Below are positions 36,477 through 49,400 of a DNA stretch of 64,000 bases, piece after piece. Location: positions 7,316,001 to 7,380,000 of the forward strand of contig CDRNST010000144.1 in assembly GCA_977016875.1 (NCBI GenBank). The letters are read 5' to 3'. The notes beneath the pieces are model-generated. The model saw only the letters and a list, made by a program, of their open reading frames with translations, searched no databases and was not told the DNA's origin. Positions within the stretch are counted from its first letter, which is position 1, and every line of letters begins with the position of its first letter. Origin of the DNA: Pavona decussata (lineage: Eukaryota). A program made the position numbers and the translations under genes.

Positions 36477-38801
36477 GTTTCCATAAATCTATCTCCTGGT
36501 TGTTGGCTCAAATATTGAGCACTGCGGGATGTTCTTCAGAGTTACTTTCGTACTTGAAGTCAATTTATTATGAATGCTCGAGATATACATACATGCATAC
36601 ATACACCCGTTTTCAAAAATGTTGCAATTTGAAAATATATGTTTTATATATACCTTTTCTTTACCCATCAAAAAGGTGACGTTTGTGGCATATATAATTT
36701 ACATCAAAGGAACGGTGCATTTTTTTCGTTTTTGTTCCAAGTTTATTTATGTCTTGCCATGCAGAGCTTTAAATGCCCGTAACCGCCGTGGTGTAACAAC
36801 CCCCAGAATTTCCTGAAATGCTTGAGACCGCCCATCCAAAATGGTGGCTGGTTTTTCTCCTCTCTACCTCCCCTGGTGGATTTTTGGTTATTTTGTTGTC
36901 ATGGAGATCAAAAGCGATGGCTAACCAATCAAATGCCGTCTTTTGCGCATTTTTTGACAGGTCATATCAAGCACCATGAGGTAGGTGATTTTTTCGTCGC
37001 ACGAGGTAATTGAAATTTGCAAGACAATGGCGAATACATTCAAAATTGATGAGGATGCGGCGTTGCTATTTGGAGACTCGGGGGATGAAGAAAGCTTTGA
37101 TGGGTTTGGGGAGGGAGGATCTAGTAGTGACAATGATTCAGATTTAGATTTCGAGGGCCTAGACGCTGAAGAAGACGATGCTCCTGATCCAGAAGCAGCC
37201 GCCGCCACGAACACAAAAATTAAAATGCCACAGCTTAAATGCACTTCCAAAGTTAAATGAACAAGAAAAAGGCGAAATACGAAGATAACATTTAACCCAA
37301 AACAAGTGTGCTAGTGAGTGATTCGACTGAAATAAAATAAAACGGGAATTATAAATTACAAACTGAAAAAAGCAACAAGAACTACGCGAAATAAACAAAC
37401 CGAAATATACAAGCAAACAACTAAGAGAAATACTTACAAAACTGTGGCCAAAAAAAAACTCGAAAATAAAAATGAAATGCGAAGAACGCTTCCCAGCTGA
37501 GAAATATGCCCCCTCGCAGAACACGACGCAATGCAAACTTGAGACGGAAAGAAAAAATAACCTAGCTGGAAAACATAAGCTGAAATAATTCCGTGAAAAC
37601 TCCTCAGGGATAAATTGAATTCTAGGCGCAACACAGGGTATTAAAAGGGTAATTACTAAGAACAGGTTTGAGGAAATAAGTCAGTATTTGTATTTCAACG
37701 ATTCAACTAAGGAGCCCGCTCTCGGTGCTGAAAATTTCGATCGCCTTTTCAAAGTCAGAACTGTAATTGATTATGTTAGGAGTAGATGCCAAAATAATTT
37801 TAAGCCCACTAAGAATATTTCCGTAGATGAGGGAATGGTCGCTTTTAGGGGGAGGTTATCTTTTAAGCAATACATGCCCACCAAGCCAACAAAGTACGGC
37901 ATCAAGGTTTGGATGGCAGCTGATTCAAGTAACAGGCTTGTTTTAAATTTTGATGTTTATCTAGGAAAGGAAGGGAATCAACGTAGGGTTTATGGGTTAG
38001 GTTACGATGTAGTCACTAAAATGATTAGGCCTTTCACAAATAACAATCATCATGTGTATTTTGACATTTTTTTTAGCTCCACGACTTTATTAAAACACCT
38101 AGAAACTAATGATACTTACACTTGTGCCACTGTTAGATGTAATCGTAAGGACCTTCCTCGTTGTGCCAAAGAAAAATTGTGCCCAGGAGAAAAAGTTGTT
38201 AGCCAGAAGGGGAATGTAGTTTTCACAAAGTGGCACGATAAAAAAGATGTTACTGTAATCTCCACTAATTGTAGTCCTTTGGCCCCAGATGTAGTTGTAA
38301 GAAGGCGAAATAATAATGCGTCAAAGCCAGCAGTGGGGATGTTGACCGTGCCGACCAGCAGCGCCAGTATTATTCTGTAGGTCGTTCTTCGTATAAATGG
38401 TATAGGTATCTGTTTTGGTTTTTACTCGATATTTCCATCTATAATTCTTTTGCTGTGTATACTGCCCATCGAATGGGGCAAAGACAAAGAAGGGTAAAAC
38501 AATTAAATTTTAGGATCAATCTAGCTAAGGCATTGATCGGGGAGTTTTCAACGACAGCTTCCTTGGGTCACTCAGCTAAGCGCCGCTACATTCAAAATTT
38601 GTCGCTTGCCCCAGAAAATATTGGGAAGCATTTTAGTGTTAAAATTAAAGGTAGGAAGAAAGTTTGTGTGTATTGTAAAAGAGTGGGTAGGAAGACAAGT
38701 GGGAGTGGGCCGAGCTTTCGACGGGAACAGACGCTGTTTTCTGTACTCCGCGTCTTATCCTTCGAATGGCGTAGAAAGAGGGCTCCTTTCGTTTAGACAC
38801 A

Positions 38802-39608
38802 ATGTCAGATAAAGAGGGGAACGCCGCGGAAATAGGTCAAGATAGTCATAAAAGAAAAAGGACAACGCAAGGCTCTCAGACAAATGACGAACTTTTGACG
38901 GTGGGTGAAACGAATCTGTCCATGGCGGCGACGCTAACAGAAATCAACCGTAAACTCGACATTGCTCTAGCTGGAATAAAGGAAATCGAAGAGCTCAAGG
39001 AAAAACAGCGTATTTTGGAGAAAGAAAACTCCTATTTGAGAGAAAGCTTAGAGTTTGCTCATAAGTCCATAGTGACCTGGACTGAGAAAGCCGACGCTCA
39101 ACAGAAGACGCTATCAACGCTCACCGAAAGTGTAAATAAATTAACACAAGCTGTTGATGTGGAAAAGGAACGTGCTGTAAAGCTCGAAAGCCATAGCAGA
39201 CGGAATAATCTTATTTTCTACAATATCCCAAAAGAGCGACAAGAATCCAGTTCTACGACAGAAACTCTGCTATACACCTTCCTAGAAAGAAACCTCAATA
39301 TGGAGGAAGAAATTGATGAAATACCGATTGAACGGGCACATCGCCTTGGCATGGTCAGGCAAGACAAGAAACCTCGCCCAATCATTGCAAAGTTCAGCTT
39401 TCACAAAGATAAGGAGCGCATACTATCGAATGCCCGTACACTAGCAGGCACAAATTATGGCATTTGACAGGATTTTCCGAGAGAGATCGTTGAAATACGG
39501 AAGGGTTTAATCAAGGCAATGAAAGAAGCAAAGAAGGAGGGTCATGATACAAAACTGGTTTACGACAAACTGTACATAAATGGTAAGAGATACAGACCGC
39601 AACCGTGA
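38802..39608 (+). pseudogene. L1 ORF1 (coiled coil plus RRM/CTD) with an in-frame stop at 39465
   Basis: LESHSRRNNLIF, IERAHRLG, PRPIIAKF, then QDFP..YDKLYING. Confidence 0.88.
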
Positions 39609-39831
39609 ACAGAATATCAAGTGTCTTTACAGGAGCCTTTAAGCCGGACCCAATTTAAGTATACTTTTTATGTTTTCTGTAATTAATGTAACTATTTGTT
39701 TAAACTTGTCTTTATTTCACTGTATGTCTTGTATATGGCCAAGTTTTGCAAAAGGACTAACAACCCTACAAATGACGTATGCAAATATCGGAGCACCTAG
39801 TTTTTTTTTTTTTTCCTTTACTTCTTAATAG

Positions 39832-42800
39832 ATGGCTAAAATAACTTCATCTTCGCTTAATGTCCGAGGCTTAGCTAATGATGAAAAAAAGGAGAGAATT
39901 ATTTTATTGGCTTAAAAAGAAAAATTTTTCTATTTATATGTTACAAGAAGTTCATTGTACGGAAAAGTCTTCTGAGAATTGGGCAGCTGAATGGGGCTAT
40001 TCAGCTTTATTCAGTGGTCTTATGAGCAACAAATTAGGTGTCGCTATTCTTTTTAATAACAACTTTTCCTTCAAAATCTTGAAGCAGCTCTGTGATAAAG
40101 AGGGCAGATACATTATTGTTGATTTGGAAGTTGGTGAGCTGACCTTGACGATCTGCAATATTTACGCTCGGAATACAGATGATCCAGTTTTCTTTCAAAC
40201 AGTGAGCGAACAAATGTTGTCATTTAAATGCGATGAAATTATTCTCAGCGGAGACTTCAATCTGGTTTTGGATATTTTAAAAGACAAAAAGGGTGGGAGG
40301 CAAACAACACACTGGAATTCCTCGAAAGAACTTAAATCTATTCAGAATAATTTGGATCTGACTGACATATGGAGGGACTTAAACCCCGAGGAAAAAAGAT
40401 CCACTTGGAGACGGAATAGACCAGAAATACATTGTCGTTTAGATTTCTTTTTGGTTAGCTTAAGTATTGCGGGAAGAGTCTCAAATGTTGATATTCTTCC
40501 TGCGCGCTTTTGAGTGAAGTTGATTATGTGAATGCTATCAAATTGACAATCACCGAAACAGTCAACCAATACGAAAATGATGAAGCAGTCGATGAAGTGT
40601 TGCTGTGGGAAATGTTGAAACTTGAAATTAGAGATGCCTCAATGAAATATTCCAAAGCTAAAATGAAGATGAAAAATAAAGAGGCAAACACTGAACGGGA
40701 GTTAGCCGCCCTAGAAAGGCAATTGGAACAGGATGTAAACAATGATAAAGAAGTTCTTGAGGAACAGATAAGATTGAAGAAAAATGAATTGGAGAGTATC
40801 ATGCAGTACAAAACAAAAGGGGCCATAATTAGATCTAAGGCCAGATGGTACAATGAAGGTGAGAAAAATAGCAAATATTTCTTGAATTTGGAGAACAGGC
40901 ATTGTAGGAGGAAAACAATAATGCAGATTAAGGCGAGTAACGGTTCATATGTTACGAACGACTTAGATATTTTAGAAGAGTGCAATTGCTTTTATAGTAT
41001 GCTTTACGCTTCAAAAAACACTGCAGTGACATCTTCTGACGATCTGTTTTTTAGTCAGAAACACCCTACACTTAAATGAGATCAATAAGCAAAAATGCGA
41101 AGGCTGATGACTGAAAAAGAATGCTTCGAGGCTCTAAAATCAATGGAATCCGATAAATTGCCTGGAACGGACGACCTCCCAGCAGAATTTTATAAAGTGT
41201 CTGGGGGGATGTCTCTCCTTTCCTTGTAAGTTGCCTTAACAAAAGTTATCAGAAGGGTAAGCTTGCTATAATGCAAAGAAGGGGTATCATTTCTTTGATA
41301 CCCAAGAAAGACAAGTCTCTACAAGAACTAAAAAACTGGAGACCCATTACATTATTCAACTGTGACTACAAAATTGCTTCCAAGGTGATTGCCTCTCAAC
41401 TTAAGGTTGTTTTGGAAAATTTAGTAGACAACGACCAAACTGGCTTCTTGAAACGGCGCTCCATTGCAGAAAACATTTGCTTGATTAATAATGTCATCTC
41501 ATACACAGAGTCAAAGAACATTCCCGGGCTACTTCTCTTTGTTAACTTTGAGAAAGCCTTCGATACTATCGAATGGGCATTTATCGAGAAAACATTCCAT
41601 CATTTTGGTTTCGGTTCTTCCTTTATAAAGTGGATAAATCTGTTTTATTGTGATATTCAAAGCTGTGTTATAAATAATGGTTGGTCGACAGGTTTCTTTG
41701 AATTGGGTCGAGGTGTAAGGCAGGGCTGTCCCCTCTCGCCTTACATTTTTATCTTGTGCGCAGAGGTGTTAGCAACTACCATTCGCAAAGACAATGAGGT
41801 TAAAGGAATCACAGTAGGCAGCACTGAATGTAAGCTTAGTCAATATGCAGATGACACCATGCTGATTTTGGATGGTAATCAAAATTCGCTTCAGCGCTCG
41901 TTTTATATATTGGAAAAATTCGGTGAGGTTTCAGGTTTACGAGTAAATTGTGAAAAGACTGAAGCTCTATGGATTGGCTCCAAGAAAGGGTCAAACCAAA
42001 TTTTATGCTCTGATAAAAATCTGAAATGGGCGGATAGCAAGATAAGAGCTTTAGGTGTTTGGTTCTGCATTAATTACGAAGAAAGTAAGAAGTTAAATTA
42101 TGAAGAGAAAGTTCATAAGGTAGGCGAAATTTTAAATAATTGGGGAAACAAGAGATTAACCTTGATCGTTAAAATTGCAGTTATCAAGGCTCTTGCTGCG
42201 TCACAACTTGTTTATGTGATGTCGTCAACTCCGTCGTGCTAAAAATCATTGAAAGAGACAAATGACCTTCTTTTCAAATTCCTTTGGGATTACAAGGGCG
42301 ACAAAATTAAGCGGACTGAAATGATAGCAGGTTACCAAGATGGTGGTCAAAAAATGTTAGACATAATGGAATTTAATAAGGCTTTAAAAATATCATGGAT
42401 ACTTAAATATCTTTCAAATGACTCTAAATCTAAATGGAAGCGTTTTTTAGATTTTCATTTGTCTAAGGTAGGCGGAAGGTTGGTTTTTCTCGGTAACTTG
42501 TCACCAAAAGATGCCTGAAATCTCAATATAAAAGATGCTTTCACCCAAGAACTTATTGAGTTGTGGGCAGACTTAAACTATAAGGATTCCTTTGCCTCCC
42601 TAGCTGAATTAAGTGCCTGCCATATTTCAAATAACTCGTTGATCAGAATTGCAGGCAAGAGTATCTTCTATAAACAATGGGTTAATGCGGGGTTGCTAAA
42701 AATCAATGATTTGATGACAAGCGATTCAAGGCTTGTAACCTACAGCTCTTTTAAAGACAAGTTCTGCCTTCCTGTTTCCATTACAACTTCACGCCGATTT

Positions 42801-44863
42801 AAGTGTGTACCCCAAATTTTGGGGTCGTTAAGTATTCATATATTCAAGCTATTGTTCTCTCTTTTGTCGAACAATTTCCGACAGTAGAGCATGTTTCCGA
42901 AGATCGCAAAGCCTTTGAAGTAGGTGAGATATTTTATCTTTTGTTTTAGAGTTTTCTGCTGGCCTGTGGAAGCTCCCTGGGGAGGCTGGAAAAATGAGTC
43001 ACCTTGATCACAACGACTCGCAACGCGCCGCTCCAGTATCGAGAGTTTTAAAAACAACTTCCCGTCCTGCAAACTAACGAATAATCAATAAACAAATTTC
43101 GTTCGCTAAACGGATACATGGATTTGCCGATTTGTTTGTCTGTCATCTTTAATGACAGCGATCTATAACAGATTCTCGCTTTTCAGCTAAAAGTTAAAGA
43201 ATTGCTGAATATAAAATGTCTAAATGTAAAATGTAAATAAGGTCAACTGAAAAGAGCGCGTGCCTACATAGGCCAAAGAGCCGATGTTATTGTTTGTCAA
43301 TGCGCCATTAAGTATAATCAGAACGCGACTTCCACGCTGAGTTTCCCTTTTTTTCTTCCTTTTTTGGTCTGATATTTTGCAATCTCTTTGCTAGAATCGA
43401 AGCAAGTATTTTAGAAACATAAACTTAATTACGATCGACCACGTCTTCACTCGTAACAAACAAAGCGCACAACATCAAATACCAGTTTGCTTACAGTGAA
43501 TTACAATTGAAACTCTTATGACTCTTTCATAGCTCCTAAGGTGCTTTCTTTAGGGAATACAAATCAATGTTTTAGCTTTTTCGTAAAAAAAAAGTTATCA
43601 TTAAACAGATGGTATTGATTTCCACGCGTCGGGAAGATGATGATGCCATGCACAAATTTAATTAAGCATAATAACTTCGCCGCTCTGAGCACCGCTTGGC
43701 GAAAAATATCGAAACTCGGCTTACAGTGATCAAAACACCACGTTTGAGATCTCTTTTTAAAGCTCTCAAAAGGCTCTTCGTTCACTGATATAAATAACAG
43801 CTTAAAGTATTTTGCGAAGAACTTAAAACAATCAAACGTCTGCAGTGATTCCTCGCAGTTCCTATTGATAACAAGAACAAAGGAATACTCTCGCAACTTC
43901 GCGGCTCAAGGCTGCTTAATTACACAATTGTTCCTGTCTTTTGAATTCGCATCTTGGTCTTCCTGCAAAGTTCTCACCTTTGCTCAACCGAGTAAAAACG
44001 AGCTAGTTTCGCGGCTGCCGAAGTGAATGCCCAAAGGAATAAAGAGAGCCTTCAGGCAACAAAATCCAGCGGAGTCACCCATTTCTCAATGACACACTTA
44101 AATCAGCGTGAAGTTGTAATGCTTCCTCGAATTCTGTGGAGTAACTTCGGCAATCAGGAGTGCTATGAGTTCTTTAAAATTGACATCGCCACATAAAAAA
44201 ATTCAAGAAAATGTACTCCACATACTAAACTCAACAAATAAACCAAGTCAGGCAGCCTACAAAATCCTCATCAATAAAAAATGTACTCGCCCTGAAAGGA
44301 GCCAAAAGAAATGGTTAAGGGACTGTGAAATTGAAAACGTGGAGAATTTGGACTGGGAGTCAATTTATCTACTGCCTAGGTTATGTACAGTTAGTACGCG
44401 ACTAAGGAACTTCCAGTTCAAATTTCTCCATAGGAAAATCGCTACAAATTCATTTTTGTATAAAATTAAACTTTCGGAAACAAATCTCTGTTGCTTCTGT
44501 CAAACAGCACAGGAAACATTGCTGCATCTTTTCTGGGAGTGCCCGATCACACAGGCCTTTTGGAATAGTGTTGAACTATTTTTCGTTTCCGCTGATTTAA
44601 TTCCAGCCTCACAAGTTTTCACGTTATGCCATTGTTTAGGTCTTAAAGGAGATAAAAACGCCTCCTTATTGAATCATTGTTTACTTCTTGGCAGATATTA
44701 TATTTACTCCTGCAAATACAAGAACGTTAAACCATCGTTAATTGAATATCTTAATCAAGTTAGATGTAATTTAAAAGTAGAAAAACATGTTTCTATTGTT
44801 ACAGGAACACAAAACGCTTCCCAGCAAAAGTGGCACCAAATACTTCAGTCATTAACTCCTTAA
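39832..44863 (+). pseudogene. L1 ORF2 (APE, RT, zinc knuckle) with stops, frameshifts, a small deletion near 40505 and an insertion at 42779-44121
   Basis: SLNVRGL, LQEVH, GDFN, RLDFF; GVRQGCPLSP, QYADD; CCFCQ..ETLLHLFWEC. Confidence 0.93.
42779..44121. mobile_element. Unclassified 1.34 kb non-coding TIR element with no TSD
   Basis: CATTACAACTTCACGCCGATTTAAGTGTGT ... ACACACTTAAATCAGCGTGAAGTTGTAATG (30 bp, 1 mismatch). Exact removal restores the L1 frame. Confidence 0.88.
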
Positions 44864-46380
44864 TCTTTCTTTTAAACAACTCATAAAATAGACGATTATA
44901 CTTGAATAATTTGAAGGTTCTCCTTTAACAAAAAAAAATAAATAATAAATAATAATAATAATAATATTAATAACAATAATAATAATAATAATTAACCCTA
45001 TATTTCTTGGCCCTTTAGTTTCTTTTTCCTTGATGTTCCATTTTTGGTGTAATTTTTTTTTCTTACTCTTATTAAGTAATAGCATATCTGTTAGTGCTGT
45101 TTCTCTTAGTTTTGTCTTTATTAGTAGTGTAACGTTTAGTAGAACTGTTTTGTAAAAGGTACATGTAAACTGTCAGATATTACCTAAAGTACTGTAATTA
45201 TTTGTAATTAATCTAACTAAATAGTTTCTAACATAGTCTTCTATTAGCATGTCAACATTGTACTGTACTGTAAGTATTGTAAATGTAAGGGAAGTATCGT
45301 ATAAAAAAAAATAAATAAAAAAAAAAGTGGGGGGCATTCGGTACAGACCACTTCTCAGTGTTTACAATGTAATGTAGTCCTTTGAAAAACTTGCTTTCAC
45401 GAATACTACGCGGCTTGAAATTTCAATCTTTACAACCCGAGTCCCAATCTCTGACGCTGTGATCTATGAACTATCAGTGAGTTTCAAATGCATATATGAT
45501 CAGGATTTCATTGCATTTTGGCCTAATTAATATTTGAGATCTTTTCTTGGTTAAGGTACCTTTGGGCGCTAATTGACACCTTTCACTTGTTTGGCTGCAA
45601 ATTGTTTTTCAATGATGCGTTGCATATAGTATTTTGAATCCCATTTTGGTTTGGACCATTCACATGATTTTAGCCTTTATTTGGCACGATTTTAGCCTTT
45701 ATTTGGCAACATTTTTCAAATTTTGGCTCTCGAATTCTTTGTCTTGTAAATAAAACTTGTTTGGAATCTCTACTTGTTTGTTTTGTCGTTTTTGCGCTGC
45801 GTGACTTTTCATTTGCGATGCGAGGCGTCTGTACTTTGCTTTTGGCGAAGAGTTCTCGTGCAGCTCGAGCCATTCTCTCCTTTTCTTATCCTTGCCTGCC
45901 TTTAAATGGCCTTGAATCTGTAAGAAAATACTGTTAAAATTCATAAGTGATGTATATACCAGCGATTTTACCCATTTTCAGTTCTTGACATGACCTGTAA
46001 GCCGCCGCTAATTATTCATATTTGGGGCTCGCCGCGCATAAAACACAAAAAAATTAATTTGATTTGTGCTTTTCCCTCTGTCCTCTATGTCCATGCATCG
46101 TGATAAAATTTTTACACTTTCCGGCAGAAAAATTCCTCCTCTTTCGGATGAGCTTTGCTTTGAAATTTGATCCGTCTGTAGCGCTACTGCGCATATGGTT
46201 TATTTGAAGGGTTTGATGAATGCAGTGTTTGTAAAGCCTGCCGCATGGTGACAATTTCTCGTGGCCCGTCACGGCAGTGCAACATCTCAAGTAGAAATTG
46301 TTTAAAGAATGATCTGCAAGGGAGAAGCTTTCTTCTTTATGCTTAAAGCTAAGTTGACCTCACTTGCACACATTCTACAA

Positions 46381-46407
46381 TCATCATCATCATCATCATC
46401 ATCATCA
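46381..46407. repeat. (TCA)9 microsatellite, left flank of the YR element
   Basis: Direct reading. Confidence 0.95.
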
Positions 46408-49400
46408 CTCAACTTTAAATAGTTTCTATAAAGCCATTTCTTTTTCTTTTTGAAGTTAAAAGGCATAGATAGTAACTTTAAGATAAGAACTATACTGCAT
46501 AAAAAAATAAAAGAAAATGATTGAAATGTGTGCTCTTGATGGCAGTTTTAAAGTCGATGACGTCGTCAAGTCAACAAAAGTTGTGGTAAGGGCTAAAATT
46601 AAGTGGTAAACTCTGATTTTGATCAATTCTGCGGGTTATCTAGATACCATTTAATTATTTCGGAGCTCATGAGTTACCACCAACCTTTTGAAATCATGTT
46701 TTTCCCGAGTGTTTGAAACCACCACAAAATGTGTTACACTAAACCGTACATTCGACGAAAAAAAATTTGGAACAATTTTAAAAGCGTATTTCCGAAGTCA
46801 AATCAAAATACGAAAGGCTGTTTTCAACGCCTTATCCTGAAATTTACGTTAATGATGGAGATAAGCAATATTTAACTGTCTATAAAGTCAGAACTGATAA
46901 TATATCTGTTTTGTATTTTTTTTCAAAGTTTCATTTTAGGTACCCCTGTTAGCTTCCGGGGTTACATAGTCCACTTAATTTACGGTAACGAAGAAGTATA
47001 GAAGTATTTGAAGTACGTTTTGACGAGAGTTCGTCTATTTGAAATGGCGATAACATTCATCCAAGGCAATGACGTGACTTGAGTTTGGAGTTGTTTTCTC
47101 AAGACCACGAGACGTGAGATCAATCTTTTTTATCGGTGAGGTCGCATTTTCCACGGAATTTGAGTCCAATATTAAAGACCATTATGGGCAAAAAATTGCA
47201 ACATTTTCAATTTTTGAGGACGAGTTTAGTTGCAGAGAAGTTTAATACATATGAGGGATGTCACGTGTAAGGTCACTTTGGAAGTGACAAGTATTGGTAC
47301 TAGAGGACACCTGTAGCCGGCAACCGAAAATTACAACATTTAACTTATTCATTGCATTTACAGTTGAATAAAATTTTGACGGTTCTAGAGGTCATTGTAC
47401 CGACTTATTGAGAGATGGGCTGGCTTTCCCCTCCCTGGATTCATAAACTAAAACAAAGCCGGCTTTATTCTCTCCTTTCTGTCTCCCCACCCTACCGCTT
47501 CCCTAGGAACAAGCACCGTTACATCACCTAGGAGAGAGTCGGTACAGCTGGCCAGCACAGCACTCGTACCCTTGATTCCTTTTATGCAGAATTCTGCGTA
47601 AGATTTTTCAACGTATTAATTTGCAATGAGGGATAGTCAAATGGCGTGAACGTGAACGAAATTCGCCGAGAAATTCCGACGCGATTTGTTGTAATTTGAG
47701 TCAAGCTCGGTTCACCTGATTTCCCAACTTGCATTGCGCGGATGCTTTCACATGTGGTCGACCATGTTTGGAATCGTGCTCGCTGCATAAAGGTAAGTTA
47801 GTTGCTTGACATTTGATTTTCTTGCCATTCCTACACAGTTAACTGTTACATGCTAGCGTGAAACGCTTAAATTGTGTCTGCATCATTCGTTTGCTGAACT
47901 TTCTTTGCCCATGTCAGCTATTTTCGTATGCCAATGTTGTCCTCACCTCACCGTGTTTCCATTTTATAAATTATTAACTTAGTTACGATTAACTCTGCAT
48001 ATTCTTATGTATATTCTATAGTTCAGACGTTCCTTGGCTTCCGATTAGTTATCAGTGAGCTATGAACCCGAACAGCAGATACAAAGGACCGAATATTTTG
48101 TTTGAACTCAAACAAGCTCGTGCGAATTTTCGTCAGGCTTGCAAAGAACAACATCAAGTAAACAAATAACAGGTGAGAGAAATGATGTGTGGTCTTTTGT
48201 GCGTGTAACAGTGTTCGTGGTATGTAACAGCATTTCCAAATACACGAGTGAGCTCCTGTATCATAAAAGTCATTGACATGCAGATTTCAAACATACAAAG
48301 CAGCGTCTGTCACGTAGTCACTGCTAAGTCCAAAGTATTTTGTCGGGAAGGAGTCTGAAATCTAGTTGATGGTATCTCCCCAAGCTTCAAAGGGATAACA
48401 ATGAAAATGCAAAAGTACCGTCTTTTGCATTTTCGGATAGGCATCTTACAATAAAGCATGGCCTAATTTGGCATCAAATATGACATTACTTTGATGTCAT
48501 CAAATATTTGAAGTTTCAGCCTGTTTTGTTACCTTTAGGACTGAATGTAAGCCATTCGTTACTGAAGTTTGAATAAAACAGTTACCGTGCATTATCAAGG
48601 ATAAGCCTCATTTAGCATTCAAGGAAATTTAAACCTTCAAAAACATTGTAGACAACAAACTAATTTCTGAGGTTGATATTAACACCTCAAGTGTTTGATG
48701 TCAAGAAAGTGCCAGATTTTACACCAAATTAAGTCAGGTTTTCTCAGAATGTGCACATGCTTACGTGTAGATGCAGCTGGTGTCAAGTTGCAAAATTAAG
48801 GTTCATTTTTTTTTTAGAAATATGAACTTGACAGAGAGCAGATTCAGATATGATGTTGTTTAGATTGGCATTAAATTTGCAAACTGTTCTGTCTTGTTTC
48901 TTTGTTACTTTTCCCAGACATTTTTTAAATGATCTTTAATGTCTGAGCCACTTCATCAAAACGATAAGGTTGACGAGAATGATGTATTATTCAGTAAGTG
49001 ACACAGGCAAACTCGGAAAAAAAACGAGTACTCCTATCAGGAGTCCAACCTGAGATCTTGATGTAAAATGGGTCCCTGCATTTTTTTTGTTTATATGAAA
49101 GACATTGTAGCTACATGTAGGGCTTCAAGTTAACTAGAAAAATAAGTCGTGTTAAACCAAGGAAAAATAGTTCTTTGGTGGACTCAAGACATTGTAGGCT
49201 TCTCAGCTTGTTATCAAATGTTTAATTCTTTACTCAGCTTAAACATCACAGCAACTACTACTGACAGCAACTTTGACAACATAGCATTTATAGTGATGGA
49301 GAGTTGACAGCCAAACTGAGGATATGTCCAGAAATGCATGCTAATGAATCCATGAACTGTTTTATAGACATCACAAAGTGTCCCTTACCCTAAATTCTTA

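Larger units (their letters stand above)
34621..36500 (-). mobile_element. Deleted Penelope-like element with inverted pLTR
   Basis: Minus strand: PDKGNGIVV, PIVDTTNT, GIY-YIG remnant (RYIGK..R.L...L.EH..SAMHSHLQNC). 35717-35860 is an inverted copy of about 34630-34806 and continues on + to about 36500. Confidence 0.82.
38704..45324 (+). mobile_element. End-to-end L1/Tx1-clade LINE (5' UTR, ORF1, ORF2, 3' UTR, poly-A), degenerate
   Basis: TSD AAGTGGG at 38697-38703 and 45325-45331. Poly-A tail at 45303-45326. Confidence 0.93.
36775..46290 (+). mobile_element. piggyBac transposon split by an L1; termini degraded and approximate
   Basis: Acidic N-terminus (37028). SVDEGM, KPTKYGIK, YFD.FF, KWHDKK, VDRADQ, KWYR. 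Cys-rich tail CVYC (38665) resumes after the L1 as SVQTTSQCLQCNVVL*KTCFHEY (45340-45410). Confidence 0.88.

Noticed and set aside
48985-49060. tRNA-like B-box fragment (minus strand)
   Set aside because: Short decayed retroposon scrap, not a gene.
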